Origin: Octopus vulgaris
Lineage: Eukaryota
DNA length: 64,000 nt
Direction: 5' to 3'
NCBI GenBank assembly: GCA_951406725.2
Contig: OX597843.1
Coordinates: 7,378,001-7,442,000, forward strand
The notes beneath the pieces are model-generated. The model was given only the letters and a program-made list of their open reading frames with translations. It was not told the DNA's origin and did no database searches. The position numbers were made by a program, and so were the translations under genes. Positions 12,400-27,094 of the stretch are shown piece after piece; positions within the stretch are counted from its first letter, which is position 1; every line of letters begins with the position of its first letter.

Positions 12400-13380
12400 T
12401 TTGAATGCAAGGACCCTAGCAGGCATGCTACTGATCTGATGAATATTCTCTTCATGATTTTCTTGCCAAGTTTCTTGCAGTAATATCAAAAGATCTGGCT
12501 TTAAGGATGCTTTCTTTTTCTTTTTAGGAAGTATCTCATCCATCATGCCTCAGATGTGTTCAGTAGGGTTCATATCTGGTGATTGGCTTAGCTATGGAAG
12601 CTTTTTAATGCCATTCTCTTCCAACCAATCCTGGGTCTTTTAGTTGTGCAAGAAAGCCCTATCTTCCATAAATAGTGTTATTTAATCATTTTACTCCTGG
12701 AGGTTATAGGAAGAAGATTTTTCTATAATATGGACACATATTTATCTGAGTTTATGTATCCCTCACATTCCACCATTTCTGATTGACTATTGCTCCAAAC
12801 TGCTCTCTAGACCATCACATGTTTCATTGTTGGCTGCAATATATTCACGTGAAAATATTGGTGACTGATTCTCCAGACCCACATTCGATCAGTGTCAGAA
12901 AATACAGCAAATCTGGATTCATCAGAGGATTTGACTGTGTCCCAAAGTGCTAGTGACCTCTCTACCATTTCACTTGTCCAATCTTTTCTCCATTTGATAT
13001 TGGCTGGTTGAAGCAGTGTCTTCTTTCTTGCTGCTCTGTCATAATAGCCAATTTTGCGGAGATAACTGACAGCTATTCTGGGACTGACATCAACTTATTC
13101 TGCTATATTGGAGGCCTTGCAATGAGGATTATCTTACACACTTCTCTTAAGAAAGCAAAGTGTTGTCAGAGGGCCTTAGTCTACCTGGGTAAGGTGATAT
13201 GGACTACTTTCCCGTTTAGTGAATTGAAAAATTACTCTATTTACTGTAGAAAGTAGAATCACAATGTTTTCTGTGGTTTTAGGCTAAGTCAGCCTTGAAA
13301 TAGGTGCAGCATATGGCCTCTTTGTAAATTGGACATTTTTAAGGCTTCTTTTGTACATGGCATGATTAAACAGTTACATA
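12400..13380 (-). mobile_element. Decayed Tc1/mariner transposase (copy at about 56020-57000)
   Basis: Minus strand gives WDTVKSSDES (first catalytic D) near 12920-12945 and LP*LSQSPDMNPTEHI* (Tc1 SPDLNPIE motif) near 12550-12600. Confidence 0.75.
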
Positions 13381-14224
13381 TAGAACCTGAAACATATAAA
13401 TGTCAATTAATAAAAAAAATATAAACCTCTTCAAGTTAAATAATAACAATGTGTTAATGGGTATCTATTTACTTTTGTCATGTTTGTGTACAAATGTATC
13501 ATTTGTTACAACTGCACTTTGAAAGAAAAAGAAAACCTTTAGTAGAAAATTAGCATTAGCTATGACAACGTTACCCAACTATTAAATCTTATATTTTTCA
13601 AACTCATGCTAGGATGGAAAAATGAACGTAGGTATGAGACTTATTTTTACACATGTATTGATGCATATAAAACATGAAATTATGTTGTCTACATACTTAA
13701 ATACTTGCAATTAATTCATTGTAAGAACATAGAATTTTGACAGGTTTTCTTGAGTTGTTGCTCATCTACAATAATCTGATAAATTTGAGGTTATTGTTGG
13801 TTGCATAAGATTGTCACTGAATTTTCTCTCGACAGAAATATCTAATCATTTTATCCATACTAGCATGGGTTGTGTGTGTCATGTTAATATCTGTTTCAGT
13901 TTAATTCCCTCTGCAATAGTTTCTTTTTTTGTGTTTATGCAATATGGTACTTTCATAAAATACAGTTGTCTCTTGCCTTACACAGTATTCTGTTTCTTAG
14001 TTCACTTTTGCACAATTTTGCTCATTTTCCTCTATTTGTTTCTTTTTGTTTTTACAAATATAGAAGTAGTACTTGCTTCAGTTTCTCATTATATTTTGTT
14101 AAATATTTTTGAATTTGAAATATTAAAATTGATTTCACTGGAAATGAAAATTCAATGTATAAAATTAACTTTAAACTAGATTTTCAGCATCAAATGCAAA
14201 AGTTTTACAAAAAGAATTGTCCTC

Positions 14225-14960
14225 ATCATCATCATCATCATTTAATGTCCATTTTCTATGCTGGCTTGGGTTGGACAGTTTCATCAGGGCTGTAAGCTGA
14301 AGGTCTGCAGCAGACTCCAGTCTTGATTTGTCATTGTTTCTATGGCTGGATGCCCTTCTTAACATCAAGCACTCCATGAGTGTTGTGGGCAGGGGTTGTG
14401 AAAAAATTAATTGATGGGAAATTAATTACAATATATTGTCTTCTAAGGCACGGCATGTCATGAAAGGTGTCAGTCATTAGTCATTGCCTTTATAAGTTCC
14501 AACAGTCAAAGATCATGCATTACCACCTTGTCCAATGCCTTCTTATGTCTACTTCTTCTGCCATGTAGCATAGTTGTCTGCACAGGTATAATAAATCTGG
14601 CTTTCACTCTGAAGGAGAGACCCTTAGTTACTAAACAGAGGAAGGAGCTCTCTGAATTTGCTCAGCCTATTTTTATTCTTGCAGCCTCACTCTTGGTTCA
14701 TCCACCTCTGCTACTGACTTTGTTGCTCAACAATCTTTATCGTACTCCTCTGGTATTTGATGAAGCCCATTTTCTGTACACTTTTAGTGTTTACTGTACA
14801 TGTGCACCTTCCACATGCAAAAAATATTTTCCCAGTTTACCTTCCTCTGATATTGCTACACCTATTATGTGTTATACAGAGTACATCTACCTACCTGTTT
14901 CCTTCATATTGAGGATGGCCATGTACCTGAAGGGCTTTACGATTTATCTGTTTTCCTACT
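14225..14960 (-). mobile_element. Decayed RTE LINE 3' part with (GAT)n tail (copy at about 57830-58570)
   Basis: Homologous to 42400-42620 (ARIKIG*ANSESS/KGLSFRVKARF region) and to the 3' UTR at 43440-43585. Confidence 0.7.
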
Positions 14961-15080
14961 TACTAAGACTTTGTGTTAGGGTTGGGTAGGTTAATTCTGT
15001 GACCTTTCAATTCTAGACCTTGCTTCCGTACGCACAATTTGTTCTCTAGTTCTGGTAGTGATTTAGCTATAAGAAGAAGC

Positions 15081-17020
15081 TCATTAGTAAATAAGTGTGA
15101 AAACTCTTTGCTTTCACAAACACTTTATGTACACTGATTGAAGCAATGAAAAAGAAGGTCCTCGGTATACATGAAACGTGAAGGAAAATATTTGGATAAT
15201 GAAACTAATAATGTATGGCTAATTGAATGTAATGTAATAAATGATAATATATGAGTGTTCAGTTGTCATCCTCTATGCCCTCCCCAATTCCTTTGAGAGA
15301 AGCAAAGAAGACTAATAATATGTATTAAATGATTAACGAAAATAATAATTAGTGCAAGAGACCCTTAATCAATATTGACGGTGTGACGATCAAGGAGCAA
15401 CGTGTCAGTTGTGCATCAGGCTTTTGTGTCAGTCTTTGCGAGTCTGGCAGAGCGACAAACAGGACAATTGCTGGATGGAGGATAAACTGCATCAGGCAAG
15501 GGTCACTTTTGGAAAGCAGGGGTTTCAAGGGGTGTTGGGGTATGACCACTTGTGGTAAAGGTGGGGTAAGTTGGCGTGGCTCTGTGGGTAGGCGGTGAGA
15601 TGCTTTTCTGGTCATGGTAATTTTGGAATCGGGAAGTGGGCATTGGTGTTGCAGCTGCATGAGGTGCTGTTAAAGTCGGTTGAGAAGGTAGTCTCATCAC
15701 TGGTGTTGGCGTAGGGAACGCATGTGGTCCAGACACCATGAGCAGTGGGCCATGGGGAAGAAGCAGTAGATACTTCCAGAGGAATTTTGTTGCACAGTGT
15801 GACTTGGCCTGATCCATCCACTCTCAACATGTACGGATCGAAATGACGTACATCTAAATGGCACCAGTTTTCCCCCCATTTGTAGGATTGGGTCAAACTT
15901 GGCTCTGGATTAGGACATAGTTCGAAAGAAGTGAGCATGTGTGTTTTGACAACCGTTCAGTAGCACTCATGTTGTGTTTACGCAGGTCTTCTTTTCAATA
16001 AGTCATAGTTTCATGCCATGTGGAATGTAGCTTGTACTTGCCGGGATGGATGGGAATAAAGTATTGTATAGGGCTGCCAAAGATGCACATGGCTGGGGAC
16101 AAGTGTGTGTCCCGGTCAGGTGTATTTCTTTATTGTAGCATTATGCACTGGAAACTGTCAGTGTTAAGGAAGCCATTGGTGTCAGTGTTGTCTGTAACGA
16201 GGCCCTTTATTGTCTCAATACCGACTTTGGCACGGCAGTTGTCATGGGGAAATGCAATGGCGGTGATTCTCCCCAATTGTGGAAGAAGGTACAATGTCAG
16301 CTCATAGCTGATAGGGCAGTGTTAAGTGCCTGTGCGCCATTCGATGCTCCTTTAAGATGGTTTTCCAGACCTGTTAGGACATACCACCATTGTCTGTCAC
16401 CAATTGACAGATGTACCAATGGGAATAGGCTTGATAACTCCAAGTGGAACATTCCGGTCGAGACCTGCTTTTACTTCCTCTTGCCAATGAACCAGGACTG
16501 GTATGGTGGGCGACTGGTTTAGCATTAAGCGGATCGGTTGGTCAGACATCTTGGAGAATTGCCAATGGTTGCAGACGTTGAATGTGCTGGAGCTGTAGTA
16601 TTGTAGCAGCTACTTACTCAGGCGAAAACGTTTTTCCTCAGTGGCTGGGAATGGTAGTGTAGTTGGAGGAGGGGGTTGTATTTGTTGTAGGTGGCAGGTG
16701 CATACATTCTGTGTCATTGTTGCAGATGATCGATGAGGCTTGTCAGTACTCTCTCCCATGGATTGTTTACAGGCCAACTCATGGCACAATCAGGTGCAGG
16801 ACAGGGTACGTTGGTCATACTGACTCGCTTTTTGTCATAAATAAGTCTGACAACTGTTTGCTTTCACCAATATTTTACGCAGTCTGAAGCAATGAGTAAA
16901 GGGTCTTCAGTATACCTGAAATGTGAAGGGAAAGATGATGGATTATAAAATGAATAATATATGGCGAATTGAATGTAATGTAATAAATTGTAATATATGT
17001 GTGTTTAGTTGTAATCCTGT
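15081..17020 (-). mobile_element. Internally deleted, decayed Gypsy/Ty3 LTR retrotransposon with both LTRs (about 15081-15275 and 16833-17020)
   Basis: Diverged ~190-bp direct repeats; purine tract aaaggaattggggaggg beside the 3' LTR; gag start MTNVPCPAPDC; RT N-terminus HWQEEVKAGLDRNVPLGVI; integrase C-terminus RNTPDRDTHLSPAMCIFG and [11 protein letters not shown]. Confidence 0.82.
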
Positions 17021-17913
17021 AATCAGCATAGAGGAGTTGCTAGGGTCTGCCTGTTTTATATTCATCTGTTATTACCTGAATGATTATGATACCAACAAAA
17101 GTCAAGTACATAGGTTTATACTTGGTCAGGTACTTCTCCTGGGGTTTCTTACCAGAAATATATCATGACTGGTGTTTCTTCCTGATACAAAACAAATTGC
17201 ATCTCATCTAGATTAAGTCTTTTTCTAACTAGTTGGGCTATGATCCTCTCCGTGATTTTCATCATCTGAAGAAATTAGTGCCAGTGCAAGCACTTAATTT
17301 TTAAAGCACACATCAAGCATATGTTAACATATTAGCAATGAGAAAGCGCTCTAATCGATGTCTACCTATATACATACATATATGCAGGGTGGCCATGTAG
17401 TTTCTCTTCAGCGACACACCTCTGCCTGTCTCTCTATCATACTACAGGTTAGGATGAAGCCACCTCTCTCACTACTAGCAGTCCACTCATCCTTGAAATT
17501 TACTTTTTAATTTTACTAGTGTCAGTGTTACCAAAACTTTTCTCAGACATAGAAACCATGTGAAAACAGACATTAGATGTACGTGTAGTAATTAATCTCA
17601 GATAGTGTGAAATAGTCCAACCCATGACAACATGAAAAACGAATGTTAAATGATGATGACACACATACACGTTAATTGTATTTCTTATATTAATTTCAAT
17701 AATTAATTTGTTTCTATTTATAAATAAAAACAATTGATTTCGCATGAGAATGATTAGTTTGATGACTTGTGGAAGCAATGTACTGTGTAAATGTAAGGAC
17801 AACTGTATTTATTAAACAAGTGTATTTCATGATTCGACACATAGATAAAACTTGACTTTCAAGTGTTGGTTGATATTTTGCTTGTTGTTTGCATATCATG
17901 CCTTGTATTATAG

Positions 17914-17930
17914 ATCCCAAATGGCCAAAG
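17914..17930 (+). other. Candidate 17-nt microexon (identical copy at 61532-61548)
   Basis: ccttgtattatag|ATCCCAAATGGCCAAAG|gtaagt: acceptor AG plus a perfect donor consensus. Confidence 0.45.
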
Positions 17931-18169
17931 GTAAGTGGTCTTTCTTATTTTGGTGTGGGTTTGCTGTTAGGATTGTTTTCAGAGTTTAGTCTATATTAGG
18001 GTCAGCTTGAGGATTTGTGAAGGGTTTTTAGAGAGAATAGTCAAGTAAGAGATCAAAGTTTGAACTAGGGGTTGGGATTTGGGGTGATGAGGAGGGTAGA
18101 GATTGAACAGGTTTATTTATAGTGTTGATGACTGTTTTATATCGGGTTTAGCATTGAAAAGCAGGGATG

Positions 18170-18620
18170 AGGGCTGGGTGCTTAGATAAGATGCGGATGT
18201 CAAGTTGATCCAAGTTATCTCCATGGTGGTCTTTGGCATGTTGGTAGAGTATAGAAGACTGTTTTCTGTCGTCAAGTTGTCTTAAATGTTCATTTATCCG
18301 TTCCGCAATGCTCTTAGACGTCTCTTCTATGTACATCATGTTCATGTCCTTACAAGCACCTTCTATGCATCTTATATTGTAAACTACATTTCGAGTTCTA
18401 CAGTTAATACCAGGGCTAATTCTACATGTCATGCAGTTATCAATTGTGCATATGGTATTCTTAAACGGGCATGTCCTTCATAATTGTGACCTGATGGAGT
18501 TCCTTGGCTTTTCAACAATTTTAATGTTGAGTTTGATCTCTTTCAGAGCTTTTCTAAATCTAAGGGCTAGTTCTCCATGGGCTGTGGTCTCTACTAATAT
18601 CACTCCTTGAATTTTTACTT
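18170..18620 (-). mobile_element. Penelope-like element GIY-YIG endonuclease fragment (copy at about 61790-62240)
   Basis: NCRTRNVVYNIRC...MYIEETSKSIAERINEH...LYQHAKDHH is a PLE GIY-YIG with YIG changed to YIE; in-frame stop upstream. Confidence 0.85.
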
Positions 18621-18714
18621 GTGAGTGTGTATTTAATAATAAGGCACTAAAAGAGAAAGACTCTCCCCAGACACAACAGAATATACACTGTTTTCGCTAA
18701 TTACTCTTTCACTC

Positions 18715-18891
18715 ACTTTTGCTACTTTCAGTTATTTGACTGTGGCCATGTTGGAGCACCGCCTTCAGTCAAACAAATAGAGCCCAGGACCTATTCTCTT
18801 TTGCTGAACCGTTCAGTTACGGGTGCGTGAAAACAGCAGCATCGTTTGTCAAGCGATGTTCGATGGATAAAGAGGCATACAAACGTATATG

Positions 18892-18938
<47 letters not shown>

Positions 18939-19100
18939 ATTGGGCTTCTTTTAGTTTCCGTCTACGAAATCTATTCACAAGGCTTTGGTCACCCCGAGGC
19001 TATAGTTGAAGACACTTGTCCAAGGTTCCACGCAGTGGGACTAAAGCCAGAACACTGCGGTTCGTAAGCAAGCTACTTATCACAAAGCCACTCCTACGCC
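18715..19100 (-). mobile_element. SINE family A, full length, diverged (copy at 62335-62760)
   Basis: Reverse complement of the family A consensus. Confidence 0.8.
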
Positions 19101-19106
19101 TAGCAG

Positions 19107-19137
<31 letters not shown>

Positions 19138-20012
19138 CTACTTATAAAACTGAAATGCGAAAAGTTTGTTCGTTTGTCTGGAATGGTTTAAAGGCCACTA
19201 CATCCCATCGGATTGACTCCAAAATTTACGGTTTGTAAGCAATCATTCTCACAGAAATGCGCGCACAAACAGACACAGAATGTCACGGTTTAAAGGTCAA
19301 CATGTTTAAAACATAAATAGCTACGAGTTTGCGTACATGCATGTCTCTATGTGCATGGGTGTGGACGTGTGTTTCCAGAATGTCGCAGTTTTAAGGTCAA
19401 CATATTTAAAACATAAATAGGTACGAGATTGCGTCTTTGCATGTATCTATATTCGTGAGTGCGGACGTGTGGGTGTTTGTGCGTGTGTGAGCACAGTCCA
19501 CCTATACGCAAGGTGGTTGCATTGTCTTATGGGACCCCATTAATGTTCCGGACCCCATTAATGAACTCATTTGCATACAAACAATTAGGGATCACCTTGA
19601 ACTTGTCCGGTTAACAAACAGTAGTGTCTGAATGGGAATTAGATTGCTTACCTAACAAATGTTTCCGAGTTCAGTCCCACTGGGTGGCATGTTGGGCAAA
19701 TGTCTTCTACTATAGTCTCGGGCCGACCAAAGCCTTGTGAGTGGATTTGAGAGACGGAAACTAAAAGAAGACTGTCGTATATATATATATACATATGTAT
19801 GTAGCAGTAAGAGTGGCTGTGGTATGTAGCTTCCTTTCCAAACACGGTGATTCTGGTTCAGTCCAACTACGTGGCCCCATGGGCAAGTGTCTTCCAATAT
19901 AGCCTCGGACAGACCAACATTTCTGAGTAGATTTGGTACACGGAAACAGAAAGTAGCCCGTCGTATATAGATAGGTGTATATATATATATATATATATAC
20001 ACATATATATAT

Positions 20013-20055
<43 letters not shown>

Positions 20056-21080
20056 AAGAGAGAGAGACATAGGTATATATTGACAGATATATGTATATAC
20101 ATATAGATATTTAAATATATAATGGATGGCAATAATGAGACATCCGACTCACTAGAGAGAGCAGTTAAACTCCAAAAAATCGTAAAAGTGTGTCATGTCT
20201 GAATAATATTTTCGAGAGTTATTTCCTCTGTACATTATAATTTAATCAAAGTAATATAATTATATGTAAGGAAAGTAACTCTGGAAGATGTTATCTAGTT
20301 GTCTCCCTTCCGAGAGTTAATTTCTCTTGCATATTATTTTATTATTGTTAAAATATAATATTCAAGGGAAGTAACTGTAGAAGATACTTTGTAGTTGTCT
20401 CCCTTAAGTATGTAGTTCTCGTAATATACACTTTCAGTTATTTCACTGTGACCATGGTGGAGCACCGCCTTTAGTCAAGCAAATCAACCACAGGAATTAT
20501 TCTTTGTATGCCTATTACTTAACGTATAGGTCTCTTTTGCAGATCCGATAAGTTATGGGGACGTAATGTTCGATGTACTGAATTAGTAGGTATTTATTTA
20601 TTGTAAGAACTTCAATTATCATAAATTATGGGCTAAGAAAGATACTAGAAACTTTTTTGATATACCTATTGGGGCTCCTTGCATGTGTGGGACTGTTTTT
20701 ATGTATGTGAGTGCCGGTATTTTCATTTCAGTGTTTGTGTGTGTGTGTGAGAGTGTTTTTATTTCTGTGTGCGCGAGTGTGTGAGCGACTGAGTGTTTCT
20801 ATTTGTTTGTGTGTGTGCGACACTTACAAATACAACAAACACTTTGACCATTTGTAAGATGCATACATTTGAGATCACTAACTACTAAATCAAAACAAGT
20901 TCAATTTATTGCACCTTTAGTGACTTCAGATGTTGCTCATATTTTTCCCATATGTCGACAATGTATTAATTTCACAAGTGGATGAAAGAAATTCTCATAC
21001 TGGAGTGGAGGGAGCTGATATTCTAACTGCGAGTGGAAAGCACCCAATGCCCCTTTACATTCTGAATAAATTGTATGTTT

Positions 21081-21243
21081 AGTTAGTTAGTTAATTTGGC
21101 TCAAAAGCAAATAGCAAGGCCATGTAGGGGGACATGGAGTTAAGTACAGGGTGGTGTTCATCTAAAGAGTTCAGGCCACTTGAGGTTCAGGGAGGCTTTG
21201 AACAAAGCGGTCGTCGGCATCTTCACCATCTCGTCTGGCAGCT
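21081..21243 (-). mobile_element. Short 5'-truncated CR1/L2-type LINE 3' end with (TAAC)n tail
   Basis: Minus strand gives NKLPDEMVKMPTTALFKASL..ELFR*; absent from paralogues at about 25848 and 33618; flanked by a tgttt duplication. Confidence 0.75.
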
Positions 21244-22139
21244 TGTTTGTGCTAGTTAGGGTTAGGGTTTTATGTGTGAGTGTGTAACTGTGTTTTCATT
21301 TCTGTGTGTGGGTGCGTATGTGTGTGTGTGTGACTATTTTCATTTATGTGTGTGTGTGTGTTTGTGCGTGTGTAAGTGTGTGAGAGTTTGGATGTGTAAC
21401 TGTATTTTTCATTTCTATATGTGTATGTCTGTGTGTTTGAGCATGTTCGTATGAGTGTTTTCTTTTCTGTGTCTTCGAGTGTGTAGGTATGTAAATATTT
21501 TCTTTCTCTATTTGTCCGCGTGTTTGAGTGTGTGAATATATAGATGTGTATTTTCACTTCTGTGTGTGTTTGTGCGTATGTGAGTGTGTGAGTATTTTTT
21601 CAGTGTTTTTGTTCGTGGGACTGTTTTTATTTGTGTGTGTGTGAAAGTGTGTTTTGGTATTTTAATTTCATTGTTTGTGTTGTGTGAATGTTTTCATTTC
21701 TGTGTGTACATGTGTGTGAGCGTCTGTGCGTTTTTATTCGTTTGTGTGTGTGCGACAATTCCAGCTACAACAAACACTTTAAGCATCTCTAAGATACCCA
21801 CATTTGAAAATCACTAACTGCTGAATGAAAAGAAGTTCAATTTATTGCGACTTGTTACATGTTTTGTTTAAGTCCATAGACATTAATGGCTTTGCAGTCA
21901 AGTCTAGTCAAGCAATTTGTCTCCTTTTTTGTTAAATCGTGTTGGAACTGGTGGATAAGAGTAGACAGTTTGGTCATTATCTTCGATTGACTGTAGTTGT
22001 TGATGTTTTTAACCGATGCTGGTGTGTTTTATTCCCTGTATTTTAGCGGTTCGGCAAAAGAGAACAAGTTAGAATAAATACTAGGATTACAAAGAATAAG
22101 TGCTGCGGACGATGTGCTCGACTAAAGGCGGCGCTCCAG

Positions 22140-22189
<50 letters not shown>

Positions 22190-23671
22190 TACATACAGAT
22201 ATACGTCTATATACCCACACACGCATATATACTATCTAAAGCAAAAAATAAACTTGATTATGTCCGAAGGGTAGTACTAGATAACATTATTACTTTATAT
22301 ATTTGTGGGGTGTAGTGAAATGTAAATGATCAGCTAGTCAATGTTTATTTGTTAAAGGTACCAGCAGATTACTTGGATGTGTATGTGTCTCTGTTGGTGT
22401 GCGCATGGTCGTGTCATCTTTCGTAGTCGTAAAACGAACACACCTATTACAGAAATTACAACATGAAAGGTATTATATGACGATTAGGAGATATTTTCAG
22501 CTATCTCCCTAGTGAACAGGTTATAGACTTTTGTCGCTATTTACTCTTTTACTCTCATTTACTTGTTTCAGTCATTTAACTGTGGCCATGCTGGAACAAC
22601 ACCTTCAGTTGAGCATATCGACCCCAGGATTATTCTTTGTAAGTCTAGTACTTATTCTAACAGTCTCTTTCGCTGAACCTCTAAGTTACGGAGACCTAGA
22701 CATATATATATATACACACACACATACACACATGTATATAAAAGCACGTATTCGCACACACAGAAATGGAAATACACACATTTAACCCTAACTCATAGTT
22801 TCATCTCCCTTTGGCATTTAAACTTACAGCACTTAAATATAAAAATGAATCTCAAACCAAGGAAAGTAACTCCTTCTACATCCCTTACTTGACAAGAGTT
22901 ACATCCGTTGATTGATACTAATACAATTTAACATTAGGATACGTAAATAGTGTTTGAATAATAATAGGCTGGAATGGATTAGGGTTAGGTTTAGGTTTAG
23001 AAGACAATTGGACAAGATGAGAGGCAGTGGGAATGAAACTGAAACCATGTGGTTCGTAGGCAAACTACTTACCACAGCCATTCCTGCGCCGATATTCATA
23101 TACACGACGGTCTTCTTTCGGTTTCCCTCTACCAACCCTACTCAGAATACTTTTGTCGGCCCGGGGGTATAGTTGAATATACTTGCCGAAGGTGCCACGA
23201 TGTTGGATTGAACCCAGCACATTGAGGTTGGTGAGCAAACACTCTCACACACATGCGCGAGCGCAAACAGACACAGAGATGAAAGCACACATATTGGCTG
23301 ACCCAGACACTCATAAAATTTTTTAAGAATGTCACGGTTTTAAGGTCAACATATTTAAAACATGAAATAGCTTTGCATGTATCTATGTGCATGAGTGCGG
23401 AAGTGTGGGTATTTGTGCGTGTGTGAGGACAGTCCACACATACCCAAGGTTGTCACATCGGCTAATGTGACCCACCCGCGAAAGTGTTTCACTCAGACAT
23501 ACACATACAGATATACGTGTATATACCCACGCATGTATATGTAGTGTCTAAAACAAAAAAGAAACTGTAAGGGATGGAACGGGAGTTCTTTCCGTTTTAT
23601 TAAGAAAACTTGCATCTGTATGTGTGATAGTACGTGTGTCCGTGCATTCTCGTGTGCCCTTCGAGTGCGAA

Positions 23672-23703
<32 letters not shown>

Positions 23704-24765
23704 TTTAAATATATATACGATGGTATTTTTTCAGTTTCCTTCCACTAAATCCAATCACAAGGATTAGTTCGGCCTTGGGGTACAGTAGTAGACAATGGCA
23801 TAAGATGACAGGCAGTGGGAGTGAACACCAAACCATGTGGTTCGCAAGCGAACTACTTACAACATAGCCATTGCTACGCCGATATTCATATATACAACGG
23901 GCTTCTTTTAGTTTCCCTCTACTAACTCCACTCAGCATACTTTGGTCGGCCCAAGGCTATAGTTGAATACACTTACCAGGGTGCAACGCTGTTGGATTGA
24001 ACTCATCGCATTGCGGTTCGTGAGCAATCATTCTCACAGAAATGCGCGCACAAACAGACACAGAATGTCACGGTTTAAAGGTCAACATGTTTAAAACATA
24101 AATAGCTACGAGTTTGCGTACATGCATGTCTCTATGTGCATGGGTGTGGACGTGTGTTTCCAGAATGTCACAGTTTTAAGGTCAACATATTTAAAACATA
24201 AATAGGTACGAGATTGCGTCTTTGCATGTATCTATATTCGTGAGTGCGGACGTGTAGGTGTTTTTGCGTGTGTGAGCACAGTCCACCTATACCCAAGGTG
24301 GTTGCATTGTCTTATGGGAACCAGCCGTGAAAGTTCCGGACCTCATTAATGAACTCATTTACATACAAACAATTAGGGCTCACCTTGAACTTGTCCGGTT
24401 AACAAACAGTAGTGTCTGAATGGGAATTAGATTGCTTACCTAACAAATGTTTCCGAGTTCAGTCTCACTGGGTGGCATGTTGGGCAAATGTCTTCTACTA
24501 TAGTCTCGGGCCGACCCAAGCCTTGTGAGTGGATTTGGGAGACGGAAACTAAAAGAAGACTGTCGTATATATATATATACATATGTATGTAGTAGTAAGA
24601 GTGGCTGTGGTATGTAGCTTCCTTTCCAAACACGGTGATTCTGGTTCAGTCCAACTACGTGGCCCCATGGGCAAGTGTCTTCCAATATAGCCTCGGACAG
24701 ACCAACATTTCTGAGTAGATTTGGTACACGGAAACAGAAAGTAGCCCGTCGTATATAGATAGGTG

Positions 24766-24803
<38 letters not shown>

Positions 24804-26413
24804 TATATATATATAAAGAGAGAGAGAGAGAGAGAGAGAGACAGGTATATATTGACAGATATATGTATATACATATAGATATTTAAACATATAAGGGATG
24901 GCCATAATGGGATATCAGACTCAATAGAGAGAGCAGTTAAACTCCAAAAAATCGTAAAAGTGTGTCATGTCTGAATAATATTTTCGAGAGTTATTTCCCT
25001 CTGTACATTATAATTTAATCAAAGTAATATAATTATATGTAAGGAAAGTAACTCTGGAAGATGTTATCTAGTTGTCTCCCTTCCGAGAGTTAATTTCTCT
25101 TGCATATTATTTTATTATTGTTAAAATATAATATTCAAGGGAAGTAACTGTAGAAGATACTTTGTAGTTATCTCCCTTAAGTATGTAGTTCTCGTAACAT
25201 ACACTTTCAGTTATTTCACTGTGACCATGGTGGAGCACCGCCTTTAGTCAAGCAAATCAACCACAGGAATTATTCTTTGTATGCCTATTACTTAACGTAT
25301 AGGTCTCTTTTGCAGATCCGATAAGTTACGGGGACGTAATGTTCGATGTACTGAATTAGTAGGTATTTATTTATTGTAAGAACTTCAATTATCATAAATT
25401 ATGGGCTAAGAAAGATACTAGAAACTTTTTTGATATACCTATTGGGGCTCCTTGCATGTGTGGGACTGTTTTTATTTAAGTGAGTGCCGGTATTTTCATT
25501 TCAGTGTTTGTGTGTGTGTGAGAGAGTGTTTTTATTTCTGTGTGCGCGAGTGTGTGAGCGACTGAGTGTTTCTATTTGTTTGTGTGTGTGCGACAGAAAT
25601 GCAACAAGCACTTTGACCATTTCTAAGATACCCACATTTGAGATCACTAAGTACTAAATCAAAACAAGTTCAATTTATTGCACCTTTAGTGACTTGAGAT
25701 GTTGCTCATATTTTTCCCATGTGTCGATAGTGTATTAATTTCACAAGTGGATAAAAGAAATTCTCATACTGGCGTGGAGGGGGCTGATATTCTAACTGCG
25801 AGTTCAATGCACCCAACGCCCCTTTACATTCTGAATAAATTGTATGTTTGTGCTATTTAGGGTTAGGGTTTTATGTGTGAGTGTGTAACTGCGTTTTCAT
25901 TTCTGTGTGTGGGTGCGTATGTTTGTGTGTGTTAGTGTGTGTTTGTGCGTATGTGAGTGTGTGAGAGTTTGGATGTGTAACTGTATTTTTCATTTCTATT
26001 TGTGTGTGTCTGTGTTTGTGCATGTGTAGGTATGTAACTGTCTTCATTTCTGTGTTTGTCCGCGTGTTTGAGTGTTTGAATATGTAGCTGTGTATTTTCA
26101 TTTGTGCGTATGTGAGTGTTTTTGTGAGAATTTTTTTTTCAGTGTTTGTGTGCGTGGGACTGTTTTTATATGTTTGTGTGTGTTGGTATTTTCATTTCAG
26201 TGTTTGTGTTTGTGTGAATGTTTTTATTTCTGTGTGTACGTGAGCGACTGTGTTTTTATTCGTTTGTGTGTGTGCGACAATTACAGCTACAAGAAACACT
26301 TTAAGCATCTCTAAGATACCCACATTTGCAGATCCCTAAGTTCTAAATGAAAAGAAGTTCAATTCATTGCACCTTTAGCGACTTCAGATTTGCGAGTGTT
26401 AAGCACCCCGTAT

Positions 26414-26652
26414 CTACATACCTGGATCGGCCATAATTGGCCTCATTCGGAGACCTCTCGGGTGTGGAATATTTATAACTATAGAAGTTAACTTGTTACA
26501 GGTTTTGTTTATGGCTTAACTTATTTAGATTTTGGGAAGTTCATAGATGTTACTGGCTTTGCAGTGAAATCTAGTCAAGCAATTTGTCTCATTTTTGGTT
26601 AAATCGTGTTGGAACTGGTGGATAAGAGTAGACAGTTTGGCCATTACCTTCG
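26414..26652 (-). mobile_element. Penelope-like RT N-terminal fragment, copy a (partial copy at 21851-21985)
   Basis: [25 protein letters not shown]; homologous to copies b and c. Confidence 0.7.
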
Positions 26653-26752
26653 AACGACTGTAACCGATACAGGTGTGTTTTACTCCCTGTATTTCAGCGG
26701 CTCGGCAGAAAAGAATAAGTGCTGCTGACGATGTGCTCGAAGAAGATAGATT

Positions 26753-26801
<49 letters not shown>

Positions 26802-26814
26802 AGAGAGAGAATAG

Positions 26815-26857
<43 letters not shown>

Positions 26858-27094
26858 AACATGTATATACATATAGATATTTATATGTATATGTGTGTAT
26901 TTTTCGATGTCCCCAAAACCGATGCCGGTGATGTTTACACTCCATTAACTTATCCCTTCGGGAAAAGAAGACCAACAGAATAAATACTAGACTGAAGTTG
27001 ATAAAAGTCCCATTGTCGATTTGCTCTAGAAAAGGCTGTGCTCCAGCATGGGCACAGTCAAATAACTAAACCAGGAAAAGATTTAAAGTAAATG

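Larger units (their letters stand above)
9335..20280 (+). repeat. Segmental duplication, copy 1 (partner 52938-64000)
   Basis: Near-identical sequence and ORFs at an initial offset of 43603 (9374 vs 52977, 9761 vs 53364). Confidence 0.97.

Noticed and set aside
18148-18432. Standalone GIY-YIG nuclease gene
   Set aside because: Upstream stop, mutated YIG motif and truncation indicate a PLE relic.
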